Virus record (IMG/VR): IMGVR_UViG_3300045010_000308
Span: 1 to 64,000 of that record
Length of the DNA stretch: 64,000 bases
Reading direction: 5' to 3' (one strand)
DNA from: a virus
This document shows, one piece after another, positions 8,735 to 18,370 of the stretch. A program made the position numbers and the translations under genes. Each line of letters starts with the position of its first letter. Within the stretch, counting starts at the first letter, position 1. The notes under the pieces were generated by a model. It saw only the letters and a list, made by a program, of their open reading frames with translations. It made no database searches and had not been told where the DNA came from.

Positions 8735-9418
8735 GTGGCTGAGATCATCGGACAGACAGACAACTTCGGTGCGGTGCAGGTGCAGGGGCTGACGCAGTTC
8801 ATCTCCGACCTGCGGAAGGCTCGTGACAAGGGTGCGGCTGATGCGCTGATCCGTGAGGCGAACGAGCGGGTGGCGAAGGTCGTGATCCGTATGGCTCGCA
8901 GTCTCGCTAACACGAAGCAGGAACGGCGGGCAGCGGACTCGCTGAGCGCATCGAAGAGCGTGCTGCAAGTGCGGGTGACGATGGGCGGGAAGGGCATCCC
9001 GTATGCGGGTGGTGCCAACTTCGGTTCATACACCGATCTGCGGCGGCTCATCAAGGCACCTAATCAGCGGGGGCGACGCAGCCGTGCGACGATCGTGCGG
9101 CAGGGTGAGAGCATCCTGAAAGTCGCCACGAATGTCGAGCGGCAGTTCGTCTCACGGTCGGGTCGCACCATCTCCCGGCGTGAGGGTGGCACGCAGGTGA
9201 AACTCGCCCGCACATCGTCGGGTGCGCTGCGTGTGGTGAAAGGATGGAATCAGTTCCGTGCGAAGGGCGGGCAGCCGACGAAGTGGCGGAAGGGCAGCGA
9301 CCAGTTCCTGTATCGAGCAGTCACGCTGACGCAGGATCAGATCAGCGACTCATACCAGCGGTTCATCGACGAGATGACGAAGCCTGCGTTCCCCGACTCT
9401 GGCAGAGAAGCCGCCTAG
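8735..9418 (+). CDS. HK97 gp10-like neck/tail protein with basic insertion
   Basis: VQVQGL, IPYAGGANFG, QFLYRA; Arg/Lys-rich middle. Confidence 0.6.
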   Translation: MAEIIGQTDNFGAVQVQGLTQFISDLRKARDKGAADALIREANERVAKVVIRMARSLANTKQERRAADSLSASKSVLQVRVTMGGKGIPYAGGANFGSYTDLRRLIKAPNQRGRRSRATIVRQGESILKVATNVERQFVSRSGRTISRREGGTQVKLARTSSGALRVVKGWNQFRAKGGQPTKWRKGSDQFLYRAVTLTQDQISDSYQRFIDEMTKPAFPDSGREAA

Positions 9419-9430
9419 TAATCTGACCGC

Positions 9431-11812
9431 ATGGCTGAGCGCAAACTATCCCTGATCATTCTCGGCAAGGCGACGAGTGCGCTCGCCGCCATGAAGTCGG
9501 TGGGTGACGAGGCAGGGTCGCTCGGTAAGAAGGTGACTGATCTGCTGCCGTCGATGAAGACGGTGGCTCTCGCCGGGGCTGCGGCGTTCGGTGCCGTCGC
9601 CGCCGCAGCCTATGGTGCGGTGCAGGCTGCGGCTCAGGATGAGCAAAGCCAGAAGAAACTCGCCGACCAGTTGCGGCGCACCACGCAGGCGACCGATGAG
9701 CAGATCGCCGCCGTCGAGCAGCACATCTCAAAGCAGATGATGCTCACGGGCGTGACCGACGACGAGTTGAGACCTGCGATGGCGAATCTGGTGCGGGCGA
9801 TCGGTGATGTGAACGCTGCTCAGCAGGCACTCATCTTGGCGCAGGACATCTCGGCTGCGACCGGGAAGGACTTGGAGAGCGTGTCGCTTGCGCTCGGCAA
9901 GGCGTACAACGGCAGCATCACTGCGCTCACGAAACTCGGTGTGCCGCTCGATCAGGCTGCGGTAAAGTCAAAGAACCTGACGCAACTCACGAAGTCATTA
10001 CAGGATCAGTTCGGTGGCGCAGCCGCAGACTCTGCCGACACCTTCTCAGGTCGTCTGCGCATCCTGCAAGTGTCGCTCGGTGAGGCGGTCGAAGGGATCG
10101 GCTACGCACTGCTGCCTGCGGCTGAGATGCTGGTGGCGTTCGTACAGAAGCGGGTCGTGCCCGTCATACAGGCGTTCAGCGACAAACTCGCTGCGGGTGG
10201 CGGGCTGCGTGATGCTCTCATCGCAGGTGCGGCACAGATGGGCACCTTCGCATTTCAGGTGATCAGCATCGCCGAGAAGATAGCGGTCGGCTTCGTCACT
10301 CTCGGTAATGCGATCGTTGCGATCGGCAAGCCGATGCTCGTCGTCATCGGTAATCTCGCCGCTGGTCTAACGCTGCTCTTCACCGGGTCGTTCAGTAAGG
10401 CGCAAAAGATGTTCGACACTTTCGAGAAGGCGTATCTCGGACTCGATGCGCTGAAAGTGAACACTCAGGATGTGGTCGCCGAGTTCGCCAAGTTCCGCAC
10501 CGAGGTGGTGGCGATGCAGAAACTGAATGCTGCGCTGGCGACCACCGACCTGCTCTCTCGCCGCTACGGGCAGACGGTGAAGGATACGGGCAGCGCACAA
10601 GACGACTTCCTGAAAGTGCTGAAAGGTCTGAGCGAGACGGCGGGTGGTGCGGGCGGGAAGGTGAAGCAGGTCGCCGACGCTATGAAGACCTACACGGATG
10701 CGCTGAGCAAGGCACGGGATGCGACCCGCTCGCAGGCTGATGCGACGAGGGGTGTGCAGAAGGCGCAGACCGATCTGGCTGCAAAGACAACTGCGGTGGC
10801 TGCTGCTCAGGCACGGTTCGACACCGTGATGCGTGGCTTCCCGGCGACGGCTAAGGAGAGCATCGCAGCGTCTCGCCGTTTCGCCGACGCACAGCGAGGT
10901 GTGCGAGACGCAGGTTTGCAGGTCGCCGATGCGGTGCGTGGGGTGCAGGATGCCGAGCAGCGTCTCGCCGAACTGCGGGCGAAGCAGGCTGATGCGGCGA
11001 AGGTGGCGGGTGCTGAGCGGTCGCTGGAACGGTCGAAGTACGGGGTGGAAGAGGCGAACTTTCGTGTGGCTGACGCTGAGCGGGAACTCGCTGAACTGCG
11101 TGCCGACCCGAACGCATCGGCGATCGACCTGCGGCGTGCGGAGATCGCTCTGGCTGAGGCGAAACTCGGTGTGTCTGATGCGGTGCAGTCGGTCGCCGAT
11201 GCTGAGAAGCGTCTGGCGGATGAGCGGAACATGGCGGCTACCGCCGACGAGTTGGCTGACGCTGAGCGCAATCTGGAACGGGCGGAGTATGCGGTGACGG
11301 ATGCGCTCGATGCGCAGCGGCGTGCGACGGATGAGCAGTCCGATGCGCAGCAGCATCTCAACGAGATCACCTACGGTGCGGTCATCGGGTCGGTGGCGCA
11401 CACGGCTGCGCTGAAAGAACTGGATGATGCGAAGCAGGCGCAGGTCGAGGCATCCGATGCGCTCGCCGACGCTCTGCGCCGTGAGGCGGATGCGATGCGT
11501 GACCTGATCGCCGCACAGAAGGCTCTGCTGGAAGTGCAGGCGGCGACGAAGCCGAGGGTGCAGGCGGCTGCTCAGGCTGCGCTCGGTGTGTCGGTCGGTG
11601 CGGGCGGGGCGATCAGCGAGGCGATCGGCACCGTGTCAGCATCAGGTACGGCTGCGGCTGCGCCGGGTGGCACGCTGAATGTGCGGGTGGAGACCAGCCC
11701 GTTCGTGAACCCGCAGGATGTGGGGGCAGAGGTGGTCGATGCTCTCGCAGCGTACCTGCGCAGCAACGGCACGATCCCGATCCCTGTCGGCTCGTTTCTA
11801 GGCGTGGTCTGA
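9431..11812 (+). CDS. Tape measure protein, phage A
   Basis: 793 aa Ala-rich helical protein, GVTDDELRPA, DISAATGKDL; long coiled coil. Confidence 0.9.
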   Translation: MAERKLSLIILGKATSALAAMKSVGDEAGSLGKKVTDLLPSMKTVALAGAAAFGAVAAAAYGAVQAAAQDEQSQKKLADQLRRTTQATDEQIAAVEQHISKQMMLTGVTDDELRPAMANLVRAIGDVNAAQQALILAQDISAATGKDLESVSLALGKAYNGSITALTKLGVPLDQAAVKSKNLTQLTKSLQDQFGGAAADSADTFSGRLRILQVSLGEAVEGIGYALLPAAEMLVAFVQKRVVPVIQAFSDKLAAGGGLRDALIAGAAQMGTFAFQVISIAEKIAVGFVTLGNAIVAIGKPMLVVIGNLAAGLTLLFTGSFSKAQKMFDTFEKAYLGLDALKVNTQDVVAEFAKFRTEVVAMQKLNAALATTDLLSRRYGQTVKDTGSAQDDFLKVLKGLSETAGGAGGKVKQVADAMKTYTDALSKARDATRSQADATRGVQKAQTDLAAKTTAVAAAQARFDTVMRGFPATAKESIAASRRFADAQRGVRDAGLQVADAVRGVQDAEQRLAELRAKQADAAKVAGAERSLERSKYGVEEANFRVADAERELAELRADPNASAIDLRRAEIALAEAKLGVSDAVQSVADAEKRLADERNMAATADELADAERNLERAEYAVTDALDAQRRATDEQSDAQQHLNEITYGAVIGSVAHTAALKELDDAKQAQVEASDALADALRREADAMRDLIAAQKALLEVQAATKPRVQAAAQAALGVSVGAGGAISEAIGTVSASGTAAAAPGGTLNVRVETSPFVNPQDVGAEVVDALAAYLRSNGTIPIPVGSFLGVV

Positions 11813-11813
11813 G

Positions 11814-13061
11814 GTGGCTACCACGCTCGTCTTCGGTGAGCAGATCACGGTGCTCGCCGCTCTCGGTTTCATCGTCAGAGAGTTCACGCTCGACAGCAGC
11901 ACGCTCAACGGTGACGATGTGCTCGACGGCACGCTCGAAGGTCTAGACATCTCGCCGTATGTGCAGAGCCTGAGCATCAACCGGGGCAGGTCTGACCAGT
12001 TCTCGTCATTCAGGGCGGGCACCTGCACGATCGTGCTCAACAACGCCGATCGCCGCTTCGACCCGATCAACGAAGACTCGCCGTATTGGGATGCGACGAC
12101 AGACAAGAGCGGGGTGACTCCGAGGCGGCGGGTGCAGGTGTCGTCTGGCAGCACCGCACTGTTCACGGGGCGCATCACCGACATAGATGTGGCGTATGAC
12201 TTCTCGAACAGCACGGTGACGATCATCGCCGCCGACGACTTCGTGCTGCTGGCGAACACGGTGACGGGTGCGGCGAGCACCCCGACCGCCGAACTGTCGG
12301 GTGCCCGTGTCGCACGGGTACTCGACCTGACCGAGGTGGATTATCCGAGCGACACGAGAAGCATCGACACGGGTGTGGCGACGGTCGGTGCGTATCAGAT
12401 AGATGCCAACACGAATGTGGCGGCGTATCTCGCACGAGTCGCCGACGCTGAGCAGGGTCTCTTCTTCATACAGGCTGACGGCTACCTGCGGTTCTCGGAT
12501 CGCACCAGCGGCGTATTCTCATCGCCTGTCGCCACCTTCGCTGATGACGGGTCAGGCATCGACTATCAGGGGCTGAGCACGATCTACGGGCAAGAGTTCC
12601 TGTTCAACCGTGTGCAGGCGACGACCGAGACGGGCACGGTGCAGGCTGCCGATGATGCGGCGAGCCAGACCGAGTTCGGCATCTCCACCTTGTCGCTCGA
12701 CAACCTGCTGCTCGCCAGCGATGGGGCTGCGCTCACTCTCGCCGAGCATCTGCTCAGTCTCTACAAAGACCCTGTGTATCGGTTCGACGACCTGCGGCTG
12801 GTGGTCTCGGCGATGACATCGGCGAACAGGAATGCGGTGCTCGGCATCGACATGGGCAGCGTCATCCGCATCACTCGCACCTTCCCGACAGGCAGCCCGG
12901 CGACGGTCACCGACGACTACGGGGTGGAGAGGATCACGCACCAGATACTGCCCGACCGTCACATCGTCACGCTCGGTCTCTATGTCGCCGATCTCGTCTT
13001 CCCGTTCGTGCTCGACGATGCGACCTACGGTGTGCTCGACGCTCATAACGCCGTGACCTGA
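11814..13061 (+). CDS. Minor tail/baseplate hub protein
   Basis: Follows TMP; INRGRS, RFDP, LFTGRI; acidic beta-rich. Confidence 0.75.
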   Translation: MATTLVFGEQITVLAALGFIVREFTLDSSTLNGDDVLDGTLEGLDISPYVQSLSINRGRSDQFSSFRAGTCTIVLNNADRRFDPINEDSPYWDATTDKSGVTPRRRVQVSSGSTALFTGRITDIDVAYDFSNSTVTIIAADDFVLLANTVTGAASTPTAELSGARVARVLDLTEVDYPSDTRSIDTGVATVGAYQIDANTNVAAYLARVADAEQGLFFIQADGYLRFSDRTSGVFSSPVATFADDGSGIDYQGLSTIYGQEFLFNRVQATTETGTVQAADDAASQTEFGISTLSLDNLLLASDGAALTLAEHLLSLYKDPVYRFDDLRLVVSAMTSANRNAVLGIDMGSVIRITRTFPTGSPATVTDDYGVERITHQILPDRHIVTLGLYVADLVFPFVLDDATYGVLDAHNAVT

Positions 13062-13081
13062 CCTGTTAGTATCTCAGTTCT

Positions 13082-13360
13082 ATGGCGATAACGGGCACAC
13101 GACAGTGGGTGGCGGGCGAGACTGTCACGGCTGCGCTCGTGAATCAGTATCTGATGCGTGGCGTGAAGGTGTTTGCTGATGCTGCGACTCGTGACGCTGC
13201 CTACGATGGTGCTGGTGAACCGACTCTGGAAGAGGGCGAAGTGTGTTATCTCGCCGACACGAATCAGGTGCTGGCGTACTCAGGTTCGGCGTGGTCGCCC
13301 GTAGGGGATGATGCGCCTGACTCTGATCAGATCGTGCTCGCAGCAGCAGTGTTCAGTTAG
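13082..13360 (+). CDS. Tail-fibre anchor-like protein (cassette 1)
   Basis: VTAALVNQYLM, VFADAATRDAA; C-terminal DSDQIVLAAAVFS. Confidence 0.6.
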   Translation: MAITGTRQWVAGETVTAALVNQYLMRGVKVFADAATRDAAYDGAGEPTLEEGEVCYLADTNQVLAYSGSAWSPVGDDAPDSDQIVLAAAVFS

Positions 13361-13372
13361 GAAGGATAAACG

Positions 13373-13735
13373 ATGGCGACATTTAGCAAGATCAAACTGA
13401 GCGGCTCGACAGATGGGCGGCTCATCAAGGTGGCGCAGACGGCGACTGCTGGCACGACGATTCACACAGGTAGCAGCACGGCGACGACAATCGACGAGGT
13501 GTGGCTCTATGCGGTGAACTCTGATACGACTGACCGCAAACTCACGATCGAGTTCGGTGGTACTTCGTCGCCTGATGATCTCATCGAGCAGACGATCACT
13601 GCCGAGTCGGGTCTGCTGCTTGTTGTCGCTGGTCTCGTGATCGTCGGGAACGCTACGCCGCTTGTGGTGCGTGCGTTTGCCGCTACTGCGAATGTGGTGA
13701 TGGTCGGCGGTTATGTGAACCGCATCACCGCATAG
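13373..13735 (+). CDS. Conserved 120-aa beta adaptor-like virion protein (paralog 1)
   Basis: MATFSK..LSG; DEVWLYA; GYVNRIT; paralogs at 17101 and 18972. Confidence 0.7.
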   Translation: MATFSKIKLSGSTDGRLIKVAQTATAGTTIHTGSSTATTIDEVWLYAVNSDTTDRKLTIEFGGTSSPDDLIEQTITAESGLLLVVAGLVIVGNATPLVVRAFAATANVVMVGGYVNRITA

Positions 13736-13803
13736 GCGGCGACTGATGCGATACGGTGAGCGTTCTCGTTCGGGTACGAAGGTAAGCGGCTGGACTAAGC
13801 GTG
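13685..13803 (+). repeat. ~119-bp direct repeat, copy 1 (copy 2 at 17416-17534)
   Basis: About 10 mismatches by hand alignment; 39-bp exact core 13712-13750 = 17443-17481, spanning a gene boundary. Confidence 0.9.
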
Positions 13804-15401
13804 ATGTTGGCAAGCAAACGCTCGCCGTCGAGTTCCTGCTGGTCGGCGGCGGCGGAGGCGGCGGTTGCGGCGGAGGCGGTGGTGCTTGCGGAGGCGGCGG
13901 TGCTGGCGGGTTCGTCACAGGCTCTGGGATTATCGGCAAGACGACCTACACGGTGAAAGTCGGTGCAGCAGGAGCGGCGGCTACACAAAGCACAGCAGCA
14001 GGCGGCAACAACGGCAGCAACGGCACCGCATCATCGTTCATCTCATCTGCCAACGGCGGAGGCGGCGGCGCAGGAGCCGACGCCACCGTCGCCGTGAATG
14101 GTCAAGTCGGCGGTTCGGGCGGCGGTGGAGGCTCAAACAGCGGCGCAGGCGGTAGCGGTGTCTCAGGCGAAGGCAACAACGGAGCAGCAGCAGTCGGACA
14201 AGGTACGGGCGGAGGCGGCGGCGGCAAAGGCAGCGCAGCATCAGGCTCCACAGGCGGCAGCGGCTCGACCAACGACTTCACGGGTACCAGCATCACTTAC
14301 TCGGCTGGCGGCAACGCCAGCGGAGGAGCGTCAGGTGCGGCGAACACGGGCAACGGCGGGCAAGGTAGCGGCACCGCCACAGGCTCGATTGCAGGCGCAG
14401 GCGGCTCGGGTCGCGTCGTCATCCGCTACCTCACCAGCGACGCAACTGGCTTGACGGTGACGGCATCAGGCGGCACATCGTTGCCCGTGGGCCTGTACAC
14501 GGTCTGGACATTCACCTCGTCGGGAAGTTTCACGGTCACCGGCACGACATCGGTGACCGACACGGCGGGTTTTTATGGAACCGCCACAGGCGGAACGGTG
14601 ATCGCCGACCCGGCGGTGATCAACGGGCAAAACTACAGGATACTGCAGTTCACGGAATCGGGCACGCTGGCCGTGACGAAGGCCGGGCTGTTCGACGTGT
14701 TGATGGTCGGCGGCGGCGGATCCGGTGGTTTCAGACCCAACGCTGGTAGTGCTGGCGGCGGTGGCGGTGGTGGCGTCGTCGAACAAACTTTCTTTGCGAG
14801 CGCAAACCAGACCGTGACTGTCGGTGCGAAAGGTATCGCGGTCACAACACAAGGTTCGGGTAATCGTGGTTCGTTCAGTCGTGTTGGTTCTCTTGCCGCC
14901 GGTGGTGGCGGCGGTGGGATAGGAACCGATGGCATTGGGTACGTGAATGGCGATAGTGCTGGTTGTGGCGGTGGCGGTGTAGGTAGCAACTCGTTCGGTC
15001 TTCGCACAGGCGGCTTGTCGCTGATTACACAAGGCAACAACGGTGGCGACGGTAGTGGAGCGTCAAGCACATCGGGTTCGGGCGGTGGCGGCGGCAGTAC
15101 TTCAGTCGGCGGCAACGCTGGTCCTACGACAGGCGGAACAGGCGGCACGGGAACGGCGACGACGACCTTCACCGGTGGCACGGTAGTCACTCACATCGGT
15201 TGCGGCGGCGGCGGTGCGACAGGTTCAGGCGGCACGGGCGGAACGGCAGGCAACTCATCTGGCGGAAATGGCGGTGTCGCAGGAACTTCCGCAGGTAGCA
15301 ACGCAACTACTTCCTTCTTCGGTTCAGGCGGAGGCGGCGGTGGTGCTACTACATCCGGCGCAGGTTCGGACGGCGTCGTGTTCATCAGGTTCAAAGTATG
15401 A
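13746..15401 (+). CDS. Glycine-rich (polyglycine-II type) adhesin-like protein with two fused modules
   Basis: LLVGGGGGG...GGSGRVVIRY then AGLFDVLMVGGGG...VVFIRFKV. Confidence 0.8.
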   Translation: MRYGERSRSGTKVSGWTKRDVGKQTLAVEFLLVGGGGGGGCGGGGGACGGGGAGGFVTGSGIIGKTTYTVKVGAAGAAATQSTAAGGNNGSNGTASSFISSANGGGGGAGADATVAVNGQVGGSGGGGGSNSGAGGSGVSGEGNNGAAAVGQGTGGGGGGKGSAASGSTGGSGSTNDFTGTSITYSAGGNASGGASGAANTGNGGQGSGTATGSIAGAGGSGRVVIRYLTSDATGLTVTASGGTSLPVGLYTVWTFTSSGSFTVTGTTSVTDTAGFYGTATGGTVIADPAVINGQNYRILQFTESGTLAVTKAGLFDVLMVGGGGSGGFRPNAGSAGGGGGGGVVEQTFFASANQTVTVGAKGIAVTTQGSGNRGSFSRVGSLAAGGGGGGIGTDGIGYVNGDSAGCGGGGVGSNSFGLRTGGLSLITQGNNGGDGSGASSTSGSGGGGGSTSVGGNAGPTTGGTGGTGTATTTFTGGTVVTHIGCGGGGATGSGGTGGTAGNSSGGNGGVAGTSAGSNATTSFFGSGGGGGGATTSGAGSDGVVFIRFKV

Positions 15402-15592
15402 ACAAGAACTATTCCGCAAAGGTCGTGAACAGCGTCGTCACCGAGATCATCGTTGCGGATCATTCATGGGCGACAGCGAACCTTGACGGCGAGTGGCATG
15501 ACTTGGGCGGCGAACCGCTCACCGTTGCCGTAGGCGATACCTATGACGCGGTGAACGATGTGTTTATATCATCCCAGGTGGATAATCCATGA
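15398..15592 (+). CDS. Small partner protein of the Gly-rich adhesin
   Basis: VGDTYDAVNDVF motif; ATGA overlap. Confidence 0.65.
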   Translation: MNKNYSAKVVNSVVTEIIVADHSWATANLDGEWHDLGGEPLTVAVGDTYDAVNDVFISSQVDNP

Positions 15593-15676
15593 GCGTCTCG
15601 AATGTCGCTTATGTCGGGGTTCGGGGCCTAAGAATGGAATACAATACGACATCCACACAACAGGAGGCATAGAGCT

Positions 15677-15928
15677 ATGGCACACTTCGCAAGAGTCGAA
15701 AACGGCACCGTGCGAGAGGTCATCGTGATCGGCAACGGCGACTGCGGCGGCGGAGAGTTCCCGGCAAGCGAGTCGGTCGGCCAGGCGTTCATCGCCAAGA
15801 TCGGCTTGTCGGGCGAGTGGCGGCAGACCTCTTACAACGCGAACTTTCGCGGCAAGTACGCCGGCATCGGCGACACGTACGACGCAGAAAACGACGTCTT
15901 CGTGTCCCCGGCAACCGGCGTGGAATAA
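15677..15928 (+). CDS. Small partner protein of the Gly-rich adhesin
   Basis: MAHFARVENG...WRQTSYNANFRGKYAGIGDTYD; AGGAGG RBS. Confidence 0.75.
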   Translation: MAHFARVENGTVREVIVIGNGDCGGGEFPASESVGQAFIAKIGLSGEWRQTSYNANFRGKYAGIGDTYDAENDVFVSPATGVE

Positions 15929-15936
15929 AGACAACT

Positions 15937-16617
15937 ATGCCGTTCACGTCCGTCTTGGGCGCCTCGTCGGTCATCAAGCCAGGCGTGTGCACCTCGTCCA
16001 CTCGCCCGACTGCGCCCTATGTCGGGCAGCTGGTGTTCGAGACCGACACGAACCGTCTTGTGGTGTTCACGGCCTCTGGCTGGGTGTATCAAACTGCGAC
16101 TGGAGCGCCTGGATTGGTCCTCGTCAAGTCGGAGACTTCGTTTTCTGGGTCGTCGAGCGTGACCGCCGACGGCGTGTTCACCAGCACCTACACCAACTAC
16201 AGGGTTGACCTGCGCTACGAAACGTCGGGGTCGGGCAACGAAGTAAGACTCAGACTGCGAACAGGCGGCACGAGCACAAGCAGCAACTACAACGTCCAGC
16301 AAATGATATTCGATCACGCAACATCGTTCTCGTCACGTCAATCGTCACTAACAAGTTTTCCTTTGTCGGGTCAAACCAACGGGTCGTTCGTCAGCGCGGT
16401 GACGTGCACGATTTTCGGACCGCAACTCACGTCACCGACGCAGTTCATCGCCAACAATGCACCCAACCAAGGTGCTTACACGACGCCGCAGGCTGGCCAG
16501 AACAGCGGCAACCAATCGTCGTCAACGTCGTTCGACGGCATAGAGTTCTTCCCGACATCTGGGTCGCCGTCCACGATGACCGGCTCCTACACGATCTACG
16601 GATTGGCAAAGTCATGA
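15937..16617 (+). CDS. Tail-fibre/receptor-binding-like protein
   Basis: PGVCTSSTRPTAPYVGQLVFETDT N-terminus; GLVLVK..FTSTYTNY..FDGI..IYG jelly-roll-like C-terminus; start taken at ATG 15937. Confidence 0.65.
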   Translation: MPFTSVLGASSVIKPGVCTSSTRPTAPYVGQLVFETDTNRLVVFTASGWVYQTATGAPGLVLVKSETSFSGSSSVTADGVFTSTYTNYRVDLRYETSGSGNEVRLRLRTGGTSTSSNYNVQQMIFDHATSFSSRQSSLTSFPLSGQTNGSFVSAVTCTIFGPQLTSPTQFIANNAPNQGAYTTPQAGQNSGNQSSSTSFDGIEFFPTSGSPSTMTGSYTIYGLAKS

Positions 16618-16829
16618 CCTACCGCATCAACGACAACGGCACCGACCGCGACATGACGGCGGCAGAAGCCGCCATCTACGAGCAGGCGGTCGCCGACGCA
16701 CTAGCCCAGGCTGCGGCGGGGGCGGCTGCCCTGGAAGCAGCCGTCGCCGCAAGAGCATCCGCAAAAGCCAAGCTCGCCGCGCTGGGATTGACCGAGGCAG
16801 AGATCAACGCCCTCACGGGAGGAATGTAA
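16614..16829 (+). CDS. Small coiled-coil fibre chaperone-like protein
   Basis: RDMTAAE...AKLAALGLTEAEINAL; ATGA overlap. Confidence 0.65.
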   Translation: MTYRINDNGTDRDMTAAEAAIYEQAVADALAQAAAGAAALEAAVAARASAKAKLAALGLTEAEINALTGGM

Positions 16830-16830
16830 G

Positions 16831-17091
16831 GTGCCGATAGACTTCCCCAACTCGCCGTCAAACAACCAGGTCTACGCCGTCGGCAACAGGTCGTGGGTCT
16901 ACGCCACAGCAACGAATACTTGGACATTGCAGTCTTCTGCGGTGCTTGGAGCCAATACTGTCACCACCTCAGAGATAGCAGATGGTACGATAGTCAACGC
17001 AGACATCTCTGCTGCGGCGGCGATCAACACGACAAAGATAACCAACTGGGAAGATGACCAAGTCGTCATCTCCAGCCAGATCTTTGGATAA
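16831..17091 (+). CDS. Anchor-like protein (cassette 2)
   Basis: MPIDFPNSP N-terminus; IADGTIVNADI repeat; C-terminal EDDQVVISSQIFG. Confidence 0.65.
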   Translation: MPIDFPNSPSNNQVYAVGNRSWVYATATNTWTLQSSAVLGANTVTTSEIADGTIVNADISAAAAINTTKITNWEDDQVVISSQIFG

Positions 17092-17100
17092 GGAGGCAGC

Positions 17101-17466
17101 GTGGCGACCTACAGCAAGGTTCAACTCAGCGGCGGTGCGGGTGGCAGGCTCATCAAGGTCGCCGCAACGGCGACGGCTGGTACCGCCATTCACACGACCG
17201 GTGTATCGACCAGCACACTCGACGAGGTCTGGCTGTATGCGCAAAATGACCACACGTCCGACGTGCTGCTGACGATCGAGTTTGGCGGCACCTCGTCGCC
17301 AGATGACTTGATCCGCCAGACAATCACGTCTCGCGCTGGCTTGCTGCTGGTCGTTCCAGGGCTTCTTTTGGCGGGCGACGGCTCAAGTGGCCGTGCGGTG
17401 CGCGCGTTCGCGGCGACTGCGAACGTGGTGATGGTCGGCGGCTATGTGAACCGCATCACCGCATAG
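17101..17466 (+). CDS. Adaptor-like virion protein (paralog 2)
   Basis: Close paralog of 13373-13735; AAGGAGG RBS. Confidence 0.7.
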   Translation: MATYSKVQLSGGAGGRLIKVAATATAGTAIHTTGVSTSTLDEVWLYAQNDHTSDVLLTIEFGGTSSPDDLIRQTITSRAGLLLVVPGLLLAGDGSSGRAVRAFAATANVVMVGGYVNRITA

Positions 17467-17534
17467 GCGGCGACTGATGCGTTTCGGTGAGCGCACTCGT
17501 TCAGGTACTTTGGTAAGCGGCTGGACTAAGCGTG
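17416..17534 (+). repeat. ~119-bp direct repeat, copy 2
   Basis: Matches 13685-13803. Confidence 0.9.
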
Positions 17535-18370
17535 CTGTGTCGACTGGTCTTCCCCTAGCGGTTGAGTATCTAGTCATCGCTGGTGGCGGCGGTGGTGGCA
17601 CGGGTGGCGGCGGCGGTGGTGGTGCGGGTGGTTACAGAAATGGAACAGTGGGTGAGACGACAGGCGGCGGCGGCGGCGCAGAGGCGGCGATGCCAATCAC
17701 GGCTAATGTTTTGTACACCATTACCATCGGTGGTGGTGGTGCTTCTGCAACCAGCGGCTCCGATAGTTCGATTTCTGGTACTGGGCTATCAACAATAACA
17801 TCCACTGGTGGCGGCAGAGGTGGAAACTTTGTTACCGCAGGAAGCACTGGTGGTTCTGGCGGCGGCGGCGGCAAAGACGGCGGTGGTAGTGGCGCAAGAA
17901 CAACATCACCCGTGATTCAGGGAAATGTTGGTGGTGCGAGCCTGGGCGGTGCAACCTTTGGTTCTGGCGGCGGCGGCGGTGCTGGCGCTGTCGGTTCGGC
18001 AGGACTAGTCAACGAAGCAGGAGGTAACGGAGGCAACGGGCTTTCATCTTCGATTTCAGGGTCATCAGTTACACGCGCTGGCGGCGGCGGCGGCGGCCAC
18101 AACGGCAATCAAGGTACTGGTGGTTCTGGCGGCGGCGGAAATGGTAGTGGTACTACTTCAGGCAGCCCCGGCTCAGTGAATACAGGTAGTGGTGGTGGTG
18201 GTGGGAGTTACCAGGGCGGTTCTGGTGGTTCTGGTGGTAAGGGAGTCGTCATTATCAGACAACCCATCACGGCAAAGTCTCCGACAACACTGACAGGCGC
18301 AACGACGACCGATACGGCAACGCATCGTGTCTTCACCTTCAACGACAGCGGAACTATCAGGTGGTCATAA
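17477..18370 (+). CDS. Glycine-rich adhesin-like protein (cassette 2)
   Basis: VEYLVIAGGGGG...GGKGVVIIR..FNDSGTI. Confidence 0.8.
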   Translation: MRFGERTRSGTLVSGWTKRAVSTGLPLAVEYLVIAGGGGGGTGGGGGGGAGGYRNGTVGETTGGGGGAEAAMPITANVLYTITIGGGGASATSGSDSSISGTGLSTITSTGGGRGGNFVTAGSTGGSGGGGGKDGGGSGARTTSPVIQGNVGGASLGGATFGSGGGGGAGAVGSAGLVNEAGGNGGNGLSSSISGSSVTRAGGGGGGHNGNQGTGGSGGGGNGSGTTSGSPGSVNTGSGGGGGSYQGGSGGSGGKGVVIIRQPITAKSPTTLTGATTTDTATHRVFTFNDSGTIRWS

